The notes: generated by a model not told the origin, from the letters alone. DNA of 64,000 bases from Candidatus Multivorans sp. (GCA_965247095.1 OZ251997.1:3680001-3744000), one strand, 5' to 3'. Shown: positions 23,184-33,839, counted from the first letter of the stretch. Program-made: numbers and translations.

Positions 23184-25555
23184 GACTGCGAACGCTCCGA
23201 GTCGAGCAGCGCGGCCTCGAGAACCTGATCGAAGTGGTCGACGAAGACCAGTTCGAGGCCGCGGGTCACCGCCGCCGGGATCTCCGATAAGTCTCGCCGG
23301 TTCCTTTCGGGCAGGATCACCTTGCCAATCCCCGCTCCGCGCGCGGCCAGCAGCTTCTCCTTCAGTCCGCCAACCGGAAGGACCTCGCCTCTCAGCGTGA
23401 TCTCACCCGTCATCGCGATCGTGTGGTCGATGGGTCGGCCGCTCTGGACGGAGACGATTGCGGCGGCAATCGTGATACCCGCCGATGGACCGTCCTTCGG
23501 AACCGATCCCGCGGGGACGTGAATGTGCAGATCGTGGCGACGCAAGAAATCGGGACCCGAGCCGGTTGGACCCTCGGGACTCGCGACCCGGGCGCAGCTC
23601 AGTGCGGCTTGCGCCGACTCCCTCATCACTTCGCCCAGTTGACCGGTGAGGACCAGCTTGCCCTTGCCCCGGGAGGCCGCTACTTCGATCAGCAGGAGAT
23701 CGCCCCCGGCCGCGGTCCAGGCGAGCCCGGTCGCGACACCGATCCGGTCGCGGTCGAGCAGTTCCTCGCTGAAGTGCCGCGGCTGACCCAGCAGACCCGT
23801 CAACCGGGCCGGGATTACCCGCAACTTGCGGTCGTCTCCGCGCGCAACGCGTACAGCGGCCTTGCGGCACAGGGTTGCGAGCTCCCGCTCGAGATTGCGC
23901 ACGCCCGCTTCCTTCGTGTACCCGCGGATCAGACTGCGCAATGCGGCGGAGCTGATTTTGAGAACTCCTTCCGGCAGACCATTCTCCTCGGTCGCTTTCG
24001 GAATCAGGTGGCGGCGTGCGATCAGGACCTTTTCGTCCTCCGTGTACCCGGAGAGACGAAGCACTTCGAGTCGATCGAGGAACGCCGGCTGAATGGGTTC
24101 GAGCAGGTTCCCGGTGGCGATGAAGAGCACTCGCGACAGGTCGTACTCGACACCCAGATAGTGGTCCCTGAACGTGGAGTTCTGTTCCGGATCGAGCACT
24201 TCGAGCAAGGCTGCCGCGGGGTCGCCGCGGTAGTCGGCGCCAAGCTTGTCGATCTCATCCAGCATGAAGACCGGGTTGCTGGTTCCGGCCTGGTTCAGTC
24301 CCTGAATGATGCGCCCCGGCAGAGAACCGACGTAGGTCCGCCGGTGGCCCCGGATCTCTCCCTCGTCGCGGACGCCGCCCAGGGAGATGCGCACGAACTT
24401 GCGGTCTATCGCGCGCGCGATGGAACGACCGAGCGATGTCTTTCCGACGCCTGGAGGGCCGACCAGGCAGAGGATCGGCCCCTTGGCGTCAGGTTTGAGG
24501 CGCCTCACGGCCAGGTACTCGAGTATCCGCTCCTTGATCCGGTCGAGATTGTAGTGGTCCTCGTCGAGCACGGCGCGGGCGCGGTCGAGGTCGATCCGGT
24601 CCTCGCTCACGGTCGACCACGGCAGTCCGGTCAACCAGTCCAGATGGCCCCGGATGGTCGCGTTCTCGGCGCTGTCGGGAGAACTCCGCTCCAGCCTTCG
24701 GACCTGGCGCTCGACCTCGGTGGCCGCCTCCTCGGTCAAACCGCGCTCCTCGACGGCGCGAAGGTAGCGGTCGATGTCACCGTGAAGGTCGTCGCCCTCT
24801 CCGAGTTCGTCCAGGATGGCTCGCAGTTGCTGGCGCAGGAAGTATTCGCGCTGGCTCCGGTCCATCTCGCTCTTGGCCTGCGCCGAGATGCGCTGCTGCA
24901 TACTGAGCAGTTCGATCTCGCGCGTCAACAGGTCCCCGACCCGTCGCAGGCGCTGGACGGGTTGGATCGTCGCCAGCACGGTCTGGGCCTCCTCCGGCTT
25001 GAGGCCCAAGTTGCTCGCGGCGAGATCGGCCAGCCGACCGGGGTGATCCAGATTGGCCGCGATCACCATGACCTCGGAAGAGACGTCCTTACCCAGGTTG
25101 ACCGCGGTCTCCAGACCCTCCTTGACGCTGCGGACCAGAGCTTCCGCCTCGAGCTGGTTCCGATCTTCCGGGTCTTCGTCTACTTCGACCACACGGGCGC
25201 GAAGAAAGGGCTCGGTCTGGCTCAGGTGCCGCAGCCGCGCCCGCGCCAGTCCCTGAATCAGGATCCGGACCCGACCGTCCGGCAACTTCAGCATGCGCAT
25301 GATCAACGCGGCGGTTCCGATCTCGTGGAGATCGTCCTGTCCGGGCTCTTCGATCGAACTGTCGCGTTGGGGCGCCAGCAGGATGATGCGGTCGTTGCTC
25401 AGCGCGTCCTCGACCGCGAGCATGCTGGCGTCGCGGCTGATCGAAAGCGGCAGGATGATGTAGGGGAAGATGACCGAGTCCTTGAGCGGCAGGACCGGCA
25501 ACACGTCGGGCAGCGAAATGACGTCCGACTGCTCGCTATTCAGGGTCTCCGCCAT
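23159..25555 (-). CDS. lon: ATP-dependent Lon protease
   Basis: LON N-domain, GPPGVGKTS, LDEIDK, KDGPSAG, IAMTGEITLRG, GGLKEK. Confidence 0.97.
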   Translation of the reverse strand: MAETLNSEQSDVISLPDVLPVLPLKDSVIFPYIILPLSISRDASMLAVEDALSNDRIILLAPQRDSSIEEPGQDDLHEIGTAALIMRMLKLPDGRVRILIQGLARARLRHLSQTEPFLRARVVEVDEDPEDRNQLEAEALVRSVKEGLETAVNLGKDVSSEVMVIAANLDHPGRLADLAASNLGLKPEEAQTVLATIQPVQRLRRVGDLLTREIELLSMQQRISAQAKSEMDRSQREYFLRQQLRAILDELGEGDDLHGDIDRYLRAVEERGLTEEAATEVERQVRRLERSSPDSAENATIRGHLDWLTGLPWSTVSEDRIDLDRARAVLDEDHYNLDRIKERILEYLAVRRLKPDAKGPILCLVGPPGVGKTSLGRSIARAIDRKFVRISLGGVRDEGEIRGHRRTYVGSLPGRIIQGLNQAGTSNPVFMLDEIDKLGADYRGDPAAALLEVLDPEQNSTFRDHYLGVEYDLSRVLFIATGNLLEPIQPAFLDRLEVLRLSGYTEDEKVLIARRHLIPKATEENGLPEGVLKISSAALRSLIRGYTKEAGVRNLERELATLCRKAAVRVARGDDRKLRVIPARLTGLLGQPRHFSEELLDRDRIGVATGLAWTAAGGDLLLIEVAASRGKGKLVLTGQLGEVMRESAQAALSCARVASPEGPTGSGPDFLRRHDLHIHVPAGSVPKDGPSAGITIAAAIVSVQSGRPIDHTIAMTGEITLRGEVLPVGGLKEKLLAARGAGIGKVILPERNRRDLSEIPAAVTRGLELVFVDHFDQVLEAALLDSERSQSWPAAKTG

Positions 25556-25709
25556 GGGGCCACGCTAGCAGTCCGCGCCGCAAACGGCACGGCAACAACT
25601 GGGTGCGTCAGCCTTCTGGCCAGCTGCCGCCGAAGGCGGCTAAGGATAGGCGCCGGCCAACGGCCGGCGCCGCTTGAGGGGAAAGTGCCTCGGCGCGGTC
25701 CGCGGAGGG

Positions 25710-26174
25710 TCAGTCCTTGCGGGAAGCCTCGAGAAGCGAGCGGAGTTCGGCCATGAATGCGTCCACGTCCTCGAACTGCCGGTAGACGGAGGCGAAGCGG
25801 ACGTAGGCCACCTGGTCGAGAGTCTTCAGGCGGTCGATCACGAAGTTGCCCAGCTCCGTGGTCGCGATCTCACGGTCCTCCTTGCGGTGGAGCAGGGCTT
25901 CGGCCTGGTCCACGATCTCCTCGAGTGCGGGCAGAGCTACCGGCCGTTTCTCGCAAGCCTTGAGCAGTCCGTCCAAGAGCTTCCGCCGGTCGAACTCCTG
26001 CCGCTGCCCGTCCGACTTGACGACCCGGTAGGCGATGTTCTCGATCTGCTCGTAGGACGTGAACCTGCGGTTGCAGTCCAGGCACTCACGGCGACGCCTG
26101 ACCGTCTCGCCGCCGCGGACGTCTCGCGAATCGACCACGCGATCATGGTTGGCGGCGCAAAAAGGACATTTCAT
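25710..26174 (-). CDS. nrdR: Transcriptional repressor NrdR
   Basis: MKCPFC, VVDSR, RRRRECLDC..RFTSYE, ATP cone, VAYVRFASVY. Confidence 0.97.
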   Translation of the reverse strand: MKCPFCAANHDRVVDSRDVRGGETVRRRRECLDCNRRFTSYEQIENIAYRVVKSDGQRQEFDRRKLLDGLLKACEKRPVALPALEEIVDQAEALLHRKEDREIATTELGNFVIDRLKTLDQVAYVRFASVYRQFEDVDAFMAELRSLLEASRKD

Positions 26175-26315
26175 GGCCGGGTGCCAGCCTCTGAACGCTA
26201 CCACTCGGCGCCGAGGCGGGCGGCGCGGCGGCGGGCTGCGGCAGGCTGCGGCAGCCATGAACACTCCTTCGATCCTGGTCCGCCGGGCGCCGCGCCGATG
26301 TAACATGCGACTCCT

Positions 26316-27356
26316 ATGAGCCGTGCCTTTGACCAGCTCAGTGAGCGCGACCGGGAGATTCTGCGCGAGGTGATCGCGACCTACCTGTCCTCCGGCGAGC
26401 CGGTGTCTTCGCGGCGGGTCGCGAAGGACCGGCAGATTCAGCTTTCCGCGGCCACGATCCGCAACGTGATGGCCGATCTGGAGGACATGGGTTATCTGCG
26501 CCAGCCGCACGTTTCGGCGGGGCGGCTGCCGACCGAAGCCGGTTTCCACCTCTTCATCGATGACCTGATGCCGGCGAAGAAGGTGAGCGACGGAGATCGC
26601 CGGTTGATCGACGGTCGGCTGCAGACCGCGGGTGGCACCGGACAGGAGCTGACGGAAGAGACCTCCAAGCTGCTGTCCGAACTCTCCCACCACGTCGGTG
26701 TCGTCCTCACTCCCGCTCTCGGCTCCGCGGTGATGCGGGCGATCGAGTTCGTGCCGCTCAGTGGGCGCAAGGTGCTCTGCGTGGTCGTCGCGGAGAACGG
26801 GTTCGTAGAGAACAAGCTGGTGGTCACGGACGAGCTGATCCCGCGCGAAGACCTGGTGCGCATTTCGAACTACCTGACCGAGAACTACGCCGGGCGCTCC
26901 CTGTGCGAGATCCGCGAGGAGCTGCTCCGCATGATGAGCGACGAGCGGGCGCGCCTCGACGAGCTGCTGCATCGCGCGATCGAACTGGCCAGGGACGGCA
27001 TGAACATGGGCCACGCGCCCTCGCTCGTTGCCTCTGGAACGCACAGCCTGTTCGAGGCCTCGCCGAGCATGTCCCGGATCGAGGGCATGTTCCAGATGTT
27101 CGCGGAGCGCGCCCGTCTGGCAGGTCTGCTGAACCGCTGTCTCGACGCCGATGGCGTGCGCGTGGTGCTGGGTCAGGATTCGCGGCTGACGGAGGAACTC
27201 GGTTTCGGCCTCGTCGTGCGCAGCTACCGGGTCGGGAACGGGGTGAGCGGATCGGTCGCCGTGGTCGGGCCGGCGCGCATGGAGTACCCGCGCATGGTGC
27301 CCTTGGTGAACTACCTGGGCGAGCGTCTGTCCGAGGTCCTGGCCGGCGGTGTCTAG
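26316..27356 (+). CDS. hrcA: Heat-inducible transcription repressor
   Basis: EPVSS, SAATIRNVMADLE..GYL.QPH.SAGR.PT, VVGPARMEY. Confidence 0.95.
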   Translation: MSRAFDQLSERDREILREVIATYLSSGEPVSSRRVAKDRQIQLSAATIRNVMADLEDMGYLRQPHVSAGRLPTEAGFHLFIDDLMPAKKVSDGDRRLIDGRLQTAGGTGQELTEETSKLLSELSHHVGVVLTPALGSAVMRAIEFVPLSGRKVLCVVVAENGFVENKLVVTDELIPREDLVRISNYLTENYAGRSLCEIREELLRMMSDERARLDELLHRAIELARDGMNMGHAPSLVASGTHSLFEASPSMSRIEGMFQMFAERARLAGLLNRCLDADGVRVVLGQDSRLTEELGFGLVVRSYRVGNGVSGSVAVVGPARMEYPRMVPLVNYLGERLSEVLAGGV

Positions 27357-27377
27357 CAGCTAACCGGAGCGTGAGGC

Positions 27378-28043
27378 ATGACAGTTGAGCCGAAGGAAGG
27401 ACCTGAGAGTCAGGTTCCTGGACAGGAAAGCCGCGACGCGGAAGCCGGTGCGTCCGCCGTCGACGAGGTGCTCGAGGCGGCCGCGGACGAGGGGGCCGCT
27501 CCGCCCAGGGTCGAGGAGCAACTCCAAGAAGAGCTGTCGGCGACTCGGGATCGGCTGCTGCGGGCTCTCGCCGATCTCGACAACCAGCGCAAGCGGATGG
27601 GCCGCGAGCGCCAGCAGTTGCGTACGAGCTACGTCTCGGCCCCGCTGCGCGAGTTCCTGGGCGTCGTCGACAATCTGGATCGGGCCCTCGAGTCCGAAGC
27701 CTCGGCAAACGACTTCCGTGTCGGCGTGGAGATGATCCGGCGTCAGATGACGGATCTCCTGCGCCGGTTCGACGTCGAACCGGTGGAGAGCATGAACGCG
27801 GTGTTCGACCCGAATGTTCACGAGGCGGTTGCCCGGGAGGAGAGTGCCGCGGTCGATCAGCCCACCGTCGTGCAGGAACTGCAGAAGGGCTACACGATGC
27901 GGTCGACGCTGCTGCGCGCGGCGATGGTCCGGGTCGCCATGCCGGCAACAGGGCCGGCGCCGGAAGCCGCCCCTCGCGAAGGCGCCGAGGCTGCGGACGG
28001 CGCCGGGAGCGAATCGGACGCCACTGCCTGTGGCGGCGCCTAG
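27378..28043 (+). CDS. grpE: Nucleotide exchange factor GrpE
   Basis: LRALADLDNQRKR, VDNLDRAL, FDPNVHEA, LQKGY...LLRAAMV. Confidence 0.95.
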   Translation: MTVEPKEGPESQVPGQESRDAEAGASAVDEVLEAAADEGAAPPRVEEQLQEELSATRDRLLRALADLDNQRKRMGRERQQLRTSYVSAPLREFLGVVDNLDRALESEASANDFRVGVEMIRRQMTDLLRRFDVEPVESMNAVFDPNVHEAVAREESAAVDQPTVVQELQKGYTMRSTLLRAAMVRVAMPATGPAPEAAPREGAEAADGAGSESDATACGGA

Positions 28044-28049
28044 TTCGTC

Positions 28050-29255
28050 ATGCCGCGGGATTACTACGAGCTCCTTGGCCTCGAGCGCTCAGCCACTCTG
28101 CAGCAGATCAAGTCGTCCTATCGCAAGCTGGCGGTGCGGCACCACCCGGACCGGAATCCCGACGACAGCGCGGCGGAGGAGAAGTTCAAGGAGGCTGCCG
28201 AGGCGTATGCCGTGCTCTCCGATCCCGAGAAGCGTCGCCGCTACGACCGCTTTGGTCACCAGGCGTCGCCGTCGGGCGGCGGCTTCGACCCGACGATCTT
28301 CGCCGACTTCTCGGACATCCTCGGCGACGTCTTTGGCATTGGCGACATGTTCGGAAGCCGGGCCGGCGGCAGGCGCCGGCGAGCCGGGGCGGACCTCCGC
28401 TATGACCTTCGGCTCTCCTTCGAGGAGGCGGCCTTCGGGGCCGAGCCGAAACTTCGCATTCCGCGACTGGAGCACTGCGACACCTGTGGCGGCAACGGCG
28501 CGGCGCCCGGGTCCGGGCCGACCTCCTGCCGCGTCTGCGGCGGCCGCGGCCAGGTCCAGTACAGCCAGGGCTTCTTCTCGGTGGCCCGCACCTGCCCCGA
28601 CTGCAGGGGCGCGGGGCGCGTGATCCGGGATCCCTGCACAGACTGCAGGGGTCGAGGGTTGACCGAGCGCCAGCGGTCGATCCAGGTCCGCGTTCCGGCC
28701 GGCGTCGATAGCGGTTCCCGCCTCCGCCTTCCGGGCGAGGGGGAGCACGGCCGGCAGAGCGGCCCACCGGGAGACCTCTACGTCGTGATCGAGGTCGAAC
28801 CGCACGAGCAGTTCGTGCGCCGGGGCGCCGACGTGTTGAGTGCCGTCACGGTCGGCTACCCGCAGGCGGTGCTCGGCTGCACGATGGAGGTCGAGACGCT
28901 CCACGGTACGTCCAGCCTGCGGGTGCCGCCTGCCACCGCGCATGGCTCAACCTTCGTGCTGCGATCCCAGGGCATCCCGCGTATCGATGGCCGCGGCCGG
29001 GGCAATCACATCGTCGAAGTGCGGCTCGGAGTACCCGCGCCGAAGGATCTCTCGGAGCGGGAACTCGAACACGTGCGCGCGCTTGCCGAGTTGAACGAGG
29101 ACAGTAGCGGCACGGCGGGCGGCACGGTGGGCGCCACGAGCCAGGAGACGCGGAGCGTGTTCGACCGGGTCATGGCCTTCTTCTTGGGATCCGGCCAAAA
29201 GACCGGGCCGGCGGCGGGCGACGGCAACAGGGCCGAGCGGAGTTCCGAGGCCTGA
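28050..29255 (+). CDS. dnaJ: Chaperone DnaJ
   Basis: J domain with HPD; four CxxCxGxG repeats; C-terminal domain. Confidence 0.96.
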   Translation: MPRDYYELLGLERSATLQQIKSSYRKLAVRHHPDRNPDDSAAEEKFKEAAEAYAVLSDPEKRRRYDRFGHQASPSGGGFDPTIFADFSDILGDVFGIGDMFGSRAGGRRRRAGADLRYDLRLSFEEAAFGAEPKLRIPRLEHCDTCGGNGAAPGSGPTSCRVCGGRGQVQYSQGFFSVARTCPDCRGAGRVIRDPCTDCRGRGLTERQRSIQVRVPAGVDSGSRLRLPGEGEHGRQSGPPGDLYVVIEVEPHEQFVRRGADVLSAVTVGYPQAVLGCTMEVETLHGTSSLRVPPATAHGSTFVLRSQGIPRIDGRGRGNHIVEVRLGVPAPKDLSERELEHVRALAELNEDSSGTAGGTVGATSQETRSVFDRVMAFFLGSGQKTGPAAGDGNRAERSSEA

Positions 29256-29268
29256 GCCGAGGCAACCC

Positions 29269-29949
29269 GTGATCCACCTGCTGGTCGGCGGCGACGAACT
29301 CGACCGCGACACGGTCGAGGTCGAGGGCGCCGACTACCGGCACCTGTTCCGGGCCCGTCGCCTCAAGGTGGGCGACAGGGTGCGTCTCGTCGACGGCCGG
29401 GGCGGCGCCCGTTGGTCAATCGTCGGCGGCGTCACGGCAGAGCGGGCCCGGCTGGACATCGAAGGGCCGGCGCCGACATACGAGCCGGCCCGCCGCCTGA
29501 CGCTGTTCGTGTCGGTGGTGCGTCCGGAGCGGGCGGTCTGGCTGGTGGAGAAGGCGACCGAACTCGGAGTGAGGGAACTGCAGTGGTTCGTCTCGGAGCG
29601 CACCAGCCGTTCCTTCCCGGAAACCGCGGTGGTTCGACAGGGGCGGGTCGCGAAGTCCGCGCTCGAACAGTGCGGCGGCGCCTGGCTGCCCAGGATCGGC
29701 GCGCCGGTCGCCCTGGAGGACGCCGGGACCTTTGCCGGAACGGCGGTGCTGCATCCGGGCGCCGGGACACGCCTGGCAGCGGTCGGCAGCGCCCGAACCC
29801 TGGTGGTGGGCCCCGAAGGCGGCTTCAGCGAAGGGGAGATCGAGTCGTTGGTCGGCCGGGGGGCCACTCTCGCCGACCTCGGCCCGCGCGTCCTGCGCAC
29901 GGAGACGGCGGCGGTCGCCGCGCTCGCAGTGGCCCTGTCTGCGTCGTGA
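29269..29949 (+). CDS. rsmE: 16S rRNA m3U1498 methyltransferase
   Basis: EKATELGV, EQCG, VGPEGGFS, LGPRVLRTETA. Confidence 0.93.
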   Translation: MIHLLVGGDELDRDTVEVEGADYRHLFRARRLKVGDRVRLVDGRGGARWSIVGGVTAERARLDIEGPAPTYEPARRLTLFVSVVRPERAVWLVEKATELGVRELQWFVSERTSRSFPETAVVRQGRVAKSALEQCGGAWLPRIGAPVALEDAGTFAGTAVLHPGAGTRLAAVGSARTLVVGPEGGFSEGEIESLVGRGATLADLGPRVLRTETAAVAALAVALSAS

Positions 29950-29981
29950 CGGCGCTATCCTCCGAACGCCGGAGGACGCAG

Positions 29982-30491
29982 GTGCAAGAGTCGAAGTCGA
30001 AACGAGAGCGGAGCCCCAAGTCGGCCTACGACCGGGGGCTGGACCTGCTCGCGCGGCGCATGCACTTCGCGGCGGAGTTGCGGATGAAGCTCGCCCGCCG
30101 CGGCTACCCGGATGCGGAAGTCGACGGCGCGATCGAGCGCCTGACCGTGGGCGGCTTCCTGAACGAGCAGGAGGCCGCGAACATGCTCGTGCGCTCGCTC
30201 AAGCGCCGCGGCTACGGCCGGCGGCGGCTCGAACTCGACCTGCGGCGGCGCGGGGCCGACGAGACGGCCGCGGGCGCCGCGCTCGAGTGCGTAGGCGACG
30301 AGGACGAACTGGAGCGGGCGGGGTCGGTGGCCGCGCGCTGGCGCTCGACTCACCCCGCGCGTGACGCCGCGGCTCTGGCCCGGCACCTGGAGCGCCGTGG
30401 CTTCGCTGCCCGTACTATTGGCGCCGTTCTGTTCGAGCTTCCCGAAGAGGAAGCCGGAATGGAGGAGATACGGGGTCACAGCTCATGTTGA
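29982..30491 (+). CDS. recX: Regulatory protein RecX
   Basis: GTG after GGAGG; LLARR.H..AELR.KL..RGY, G..RL..DL..RG, L.RRGF; upstream of alaS. Confidence 0.88.
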   Translation: MQESKSKRERSPKSAYDRGLDLLARRMHFAAELRMKLARRGYPDAEVDGAIERLTVGGFLNEQEAANMLVRSLKRRGYGRRRLELDLRRRGADETAAGAALECVGDEDELERAGSVAARWRSTHPARDAAALARHLERRGFAARTIGAVLFELPEEEAGMEEIRGHSSC

Positions 30492-33127
30492 GTCGGGATA
30501 TCAGGCGGAGTTTCATCGACTTCTACGCCGGCCGCGGGCACGCGGAGGTGGCGAGTTCGCCGCTGGTGCCGCGAAACGATCCGACCCTGCTGTTCGTCAA
30601 CGCCGGCATGGTCCAGTTCAAGAACTACTTCCTCGGACTGGAGCAGCCGGACTCGCCGCGCGCGGTGACCTCCCAGAAGTGCCTGCGGGTGTCCGGCAAG
30701 CACAACGACCTGGAGAACGTCGGACCCAGTCCCCGGCACCACACGTTTTTCGAGATGCTGGGGAACTTCTCCTTCGGCGACTACTTCAAGGCCGAGGCGA
30801 TCGAGTCCGCCTGGGAACTGGTCACCGGGGTCTGGGGGTTGCCGCCGGAGAATCTCTTCGCCACCGTGTTCCGGGAGGACGACGAGGCGGCGGACCTCTG
30901 GGTCCGGCTGTCGGGATTGCCGCCGGAGCGGGTCCTGCGCTGCGGCGAGAAGGACAACTTCTGGGCCATGGGCGACACCGGGCCCTGCGGTCCGTGCAGC
31001 GAGATCTTCGTCGACACCGCGCCGGAGCTGCCCGAGGTCGGCTGGGAGGAAGGGAACGACTCGGGCCGCTATCTCGAGATCTGGAACCTGGTCTTCATGC
31101 AGTTCGAGCGCCACGAGGACGGCCGGCGCGCGGCCCTGCCGAACCCGTCGATCGACACCGGCGCGGGCCTGGAGCGGGTGGCGGCGGTGCTCCAGGGCGT
31201 CGGGTCCAACTACGACACGGACCTGTTCGGACCGATTCTGCGCGCGGTCGCGGCAGGGGCCGGCCGTGAGTACGGCCGCGACCCGGACGCCGACGTCTCG
31301 CTGCGGGTGATCGCCGATCATCTGCGGGCGGTCGGTTTCCTGCTCGCCGACGGCGTCCTGCCGAGCAACGAGGGCCGCGGCTATGTGCTGCGCCGGATCC
31401 TGCGCCGGGCCTCGCGCCACGGCATGAAGCTGGGCTTCGAGGAGCCGTTCATGGCCCCCCTGCTGCCGTCGCTCGAGGAGGCGTTCGCGGGCCACTACCC
31501 GGAACTGGAGGCTGCGCGCGAACCGTCGTCGGCGACGGTGACCGCCGAGGAGACCCGGTTCCTTCAGACCGTGGCGGTGGGGGCCGGCAAGGTCCTGGAG
31601 GCGATCGAGGAGGCACGCGCCCGGGGCGGTTCGGTGCTCGACGGGGAGGCGACGTTCCGCCTCTACGACACCTTCGGCCTGCCGATCGAGACGGTGCGGG
31701 AGATCGCCGAGGAGGAGCAGTTCGGGATCGACGAGGCGGGGTTCGAGGCGGCGCTGGAGGAGCAGCGGGAGCGGTCGCGGGCGGTACATCACGGCGCGGC
31801 CCGGATCTCGGCAACGTTCAGTATCTCGGCTCGTGGCGAGGTAGTCCGAGGCACCAAGTTCGTGGGCTACACGGAGTTCCAAGCGGAGGCGCGAACCCTC
31901 GACCTCCAGACGGCCGAAGGCGAATCGGTCCAGCAGTTGACCGGTGCCGGCCTCGCCGTGTTCGACCGCACCCCTTTCTACGCCGAGGCCGGAGGACAGG
32001 TCGGAGACATCGGCAAGGTGACGTGGGCTGGTGGTGAGGCACAGGTTCTGGACACCCAGCGAACTCGTAAGGGCACCTTCCACCGCGTCGAAGTCACGCA
32101 GGGCACCCTCAAAGCCGGCACGGACATCGAACTCCAGGTCGACCGCGAGCGCAGGGAGGCGGCCCAGCGCCACCACACGGCTACCCACCTGCTCCACGCG
32201 GCCCTGCGCCAGCACCTCGGCACGGGGGTGCGTCAGGCCGGCTCCCTGGTCCACCCCGACCGGCTGCGCTTCGACTTCACTCACGGCGCTCCGGTGACCC
32301 AGCCCCAGCAGGAGGCGATCGAGGACACCGTGAACGAGTGGGTGCGGCGGGCGGTGCAGGTCGAGATCGAGGAGCGCTCCTACGACGAAGCCGTGGCGGC
32401 CGGCGCGATGGCGCTGTTCGGCGAGAAGTATCCCGACCGGGTGCGCACGGTGGAGGTGCCCGGATTCAGCCTCGAACTCTGCGGCGGCTGTCACGTCGGG
32501 AACACGGGCGAGATCGGCCCCGTGACGCTGGTCGGCGAGCGCGGCGTGGCCGCGGGGGTGCGCCGCATCGAGGCGCTCGCGGGCGACCGCGCGGACCGTC
32601 TGCACCGGCGCCAGGCGCACCTGTTGGCGGCGCTCGAGTCGGAGATCGGCGCTTCGGGAGAGCAGGCCGCGGTCGAGGTCCGGGCCCTCAAGGAGCGGCT
32701 GCGGGAGGTGGAGCGTGAGCTGTCGAAACTCCGTCTCGGGTTGCTGGCCGGCGACGGGAAGCCGGAGCCCGGGCAGTCGGCCGGCGGCGACACCCGCTCC
32801 ATCCATGGCGTCGAGGTCGTTCTGCGCGAGGTGCCGGCCTCGAACGTCGGCGAGCTGCGGAACCTCGCGGACGTCCTGCGGAGCAGACTCGGCTCGGGGG
32901 TGGTCGTGCTCGGCGCGCGGGACGAGGGCAAGGTGAAGCTCGTCGCCTCCGTGACCCGGGACCTCCAGGACCGGGTCGATGCAGCGGCAGTGGCGCGGGC
33001 GATGGGCTCGGCGATCTCGGGCAGCGGCGGCGGCCGCCGCGACTTCGCCCAGGCCGGAGGCCGGGCCGAGAATCTCCTGCCGGCTTTCGCCGCCGCCGAA
33101 CGGCTCATCGAAGACAGCCTGAGCTAA
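30485..33127 (+). CDS. alaS: Alanine--tRNA ligase
   Basis: DPTLLFVNAGMVQFK, HHTFFEMLGNFSFGDYFK, IDTGAGLER, HTATHLLH, ELCGGCH, DHHA1 domain. Confidence 0.98.
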   Translation: MLSRDIRRSFIDFYAGRGHAEVASSPLVPRNDPTLLFVNAGMVQFKNYFLGLEQPDSPRAVTSQKCLRVSGKHNDLENVGPSPRHHTFFEMLGNFSFGDYFKAEAIESAWELVTGVWGLPPENLFATVFREDDEAADLWVRLSGLPPERVLRCGEKDNFWAMGDTGPCGPCSEIFVDTAPELPEVGWEEGNDSGRYLEIWNLVFMQFERHEDGRRAALPNPSIDTGAGLERVAAVLQGVGSNYDTDLFGPILRAVAAGAGREYGRDPDADVSLRVIADHLRAVGFLLADGVLPSNEGRGYVLRRILRRASRHGMKLGFEEPFMAPLLPSLEEAFAGHYPELEAAREPSSATVTAEETRFLQTVAVGAGKVLEAIEEARARGGSVLDGEATFRLYDTFGLPIETVREIAEEEQFGIDEAGFEAALEEQRERSRAVHHGAARISATFSISARGEVVRGTKFVGYTEFQAEARTLDLQTAEGESVQQLTGAGLAVFDRTPFYAEAGGQVGDIGKVTWAGGEAQVLDTQRTRKGTFHRVEVTQGTLKAGTDIELQVDRERREAAQRHHTATHLLHAALRQHLGTGVRQAGSLVHPDRLRFDFTHGAPVTQPQQEAIEDTVNEWVRRAVQVEIEERSYDEAVAAGAMALFGEKYPDRVRTVEVPGFSLELCGGCHVGNTGEIGPVTLVGERGVAAGVRRIEALAGDRADRLHRRQAHLLAALESEIGASGEQAAVEVRALKERLREVERELSKLRLGLLAGDGKPEPGQSAGGDTRSIHGVEVVLREVPASNVGELRNLADVLRSRLGSGVVVLGARDEGKVKLVASVTRDLQDRVDAAAVARAMGSAISGSGGGRRDFAQAGGRAENLLPAFAAAERLIEDSLS

Positions 33128-33136
33128 GGGCAACGG

Positions 33137-33754
33137 ATGGCGACCGAACGCGAAACCGACCGGCAGCAGCCGGCGCCGCCGTCCCTTCGTGCCGGACTGA
33201 ATCTGCCGAACGCTCTGACCATCAGCCGTATCCTGATCGTCCCCCTGCTGGTCGTGGTCCTGCTGACCAAGATCAGTGGCTGGGAGTTCATCGGTCTCGG
33301 TCTGTTCCTGGCGGCCTCCCTGACCGACTTCCTCGACGGCTTCCTGGCCCGCCGCCGGAAGCAGGTGACGGCGCTCGGCAAGCTGCTCGACCCGGCGGCG
33401 GACAAGATCCTGACCTCGGCGGCGTTCATCTCCCTGGTCGGTCTCGGACTGGCGCCGGCCTGGATGGTGGTCGTCGTGGTGGCTCGGGAATTCGCGGTCT
33501 CGTCGTTGCGTTCGCTCGCCGCGGCCCAGAACGTGGTCCTGGCCGCGAGCTTTGCGGGCAAGGTCAAGACGACGACGCAGATCGTCGCCATCTCGCTGCT
33601 GATCATCTCGGACCAATTGGGCGCCTTGAACCTGCTGGCGCCGGTCTCGCTGTGGGTGGCCCTGGCCGCGACGCTCTACTCCGGCGTCGAGTACTTCATT
33701 CGCAACGGCCGCATGGTCCTGATGGCCTTCGGCGGCGCGCCGCGCGGGGAATGA
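33137..33754 (+). CDS. pgsA: CDP-diacylglycerol--glycerol-3-phosphate 3-phosphatidyltransferase
   Basis: NLPNALTISRI, DFLDGFLARR...GKLLDPAADK. Confidence 0.93.
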   Translation: MATERETDRQQPAPPSLRAGLNLPNALTISRILIVPLLVVVLLTKISGWEFIGLGLFLAASLTDFLDGFLARRRKQVTALGKLLDPAADKILTSAAFISLVGLGLAPAWMVVVVVAREFAVSSLRSLAAAQNVVLAASFAGKVKTTTQIVAISLLIISDQLGALNLLAPVSLWVALAATLYSGVEYFIRNGRMVLMAFGGAPRGE

Positions 33755-33839
33755 GCGGGAACGCGCCTGCCCGGCGGGCGTCCGTCGCTGGGCGCCGCTC
33801 AGCGGTCGTTGAGCTTCCCGGTTGCGGCGGGCTTCGACC

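Noticed and set aside
25565-26225. CIRCE elements near lon and hrcA
   Set aside because: Only left half-site resemblance; both coincide with minus-strand -10 boxes, which explain them
31780-31860. Odd lower-GC linker within alaS
   Set aside because: Falls in the naturally variable linker before the editing region; frame intact
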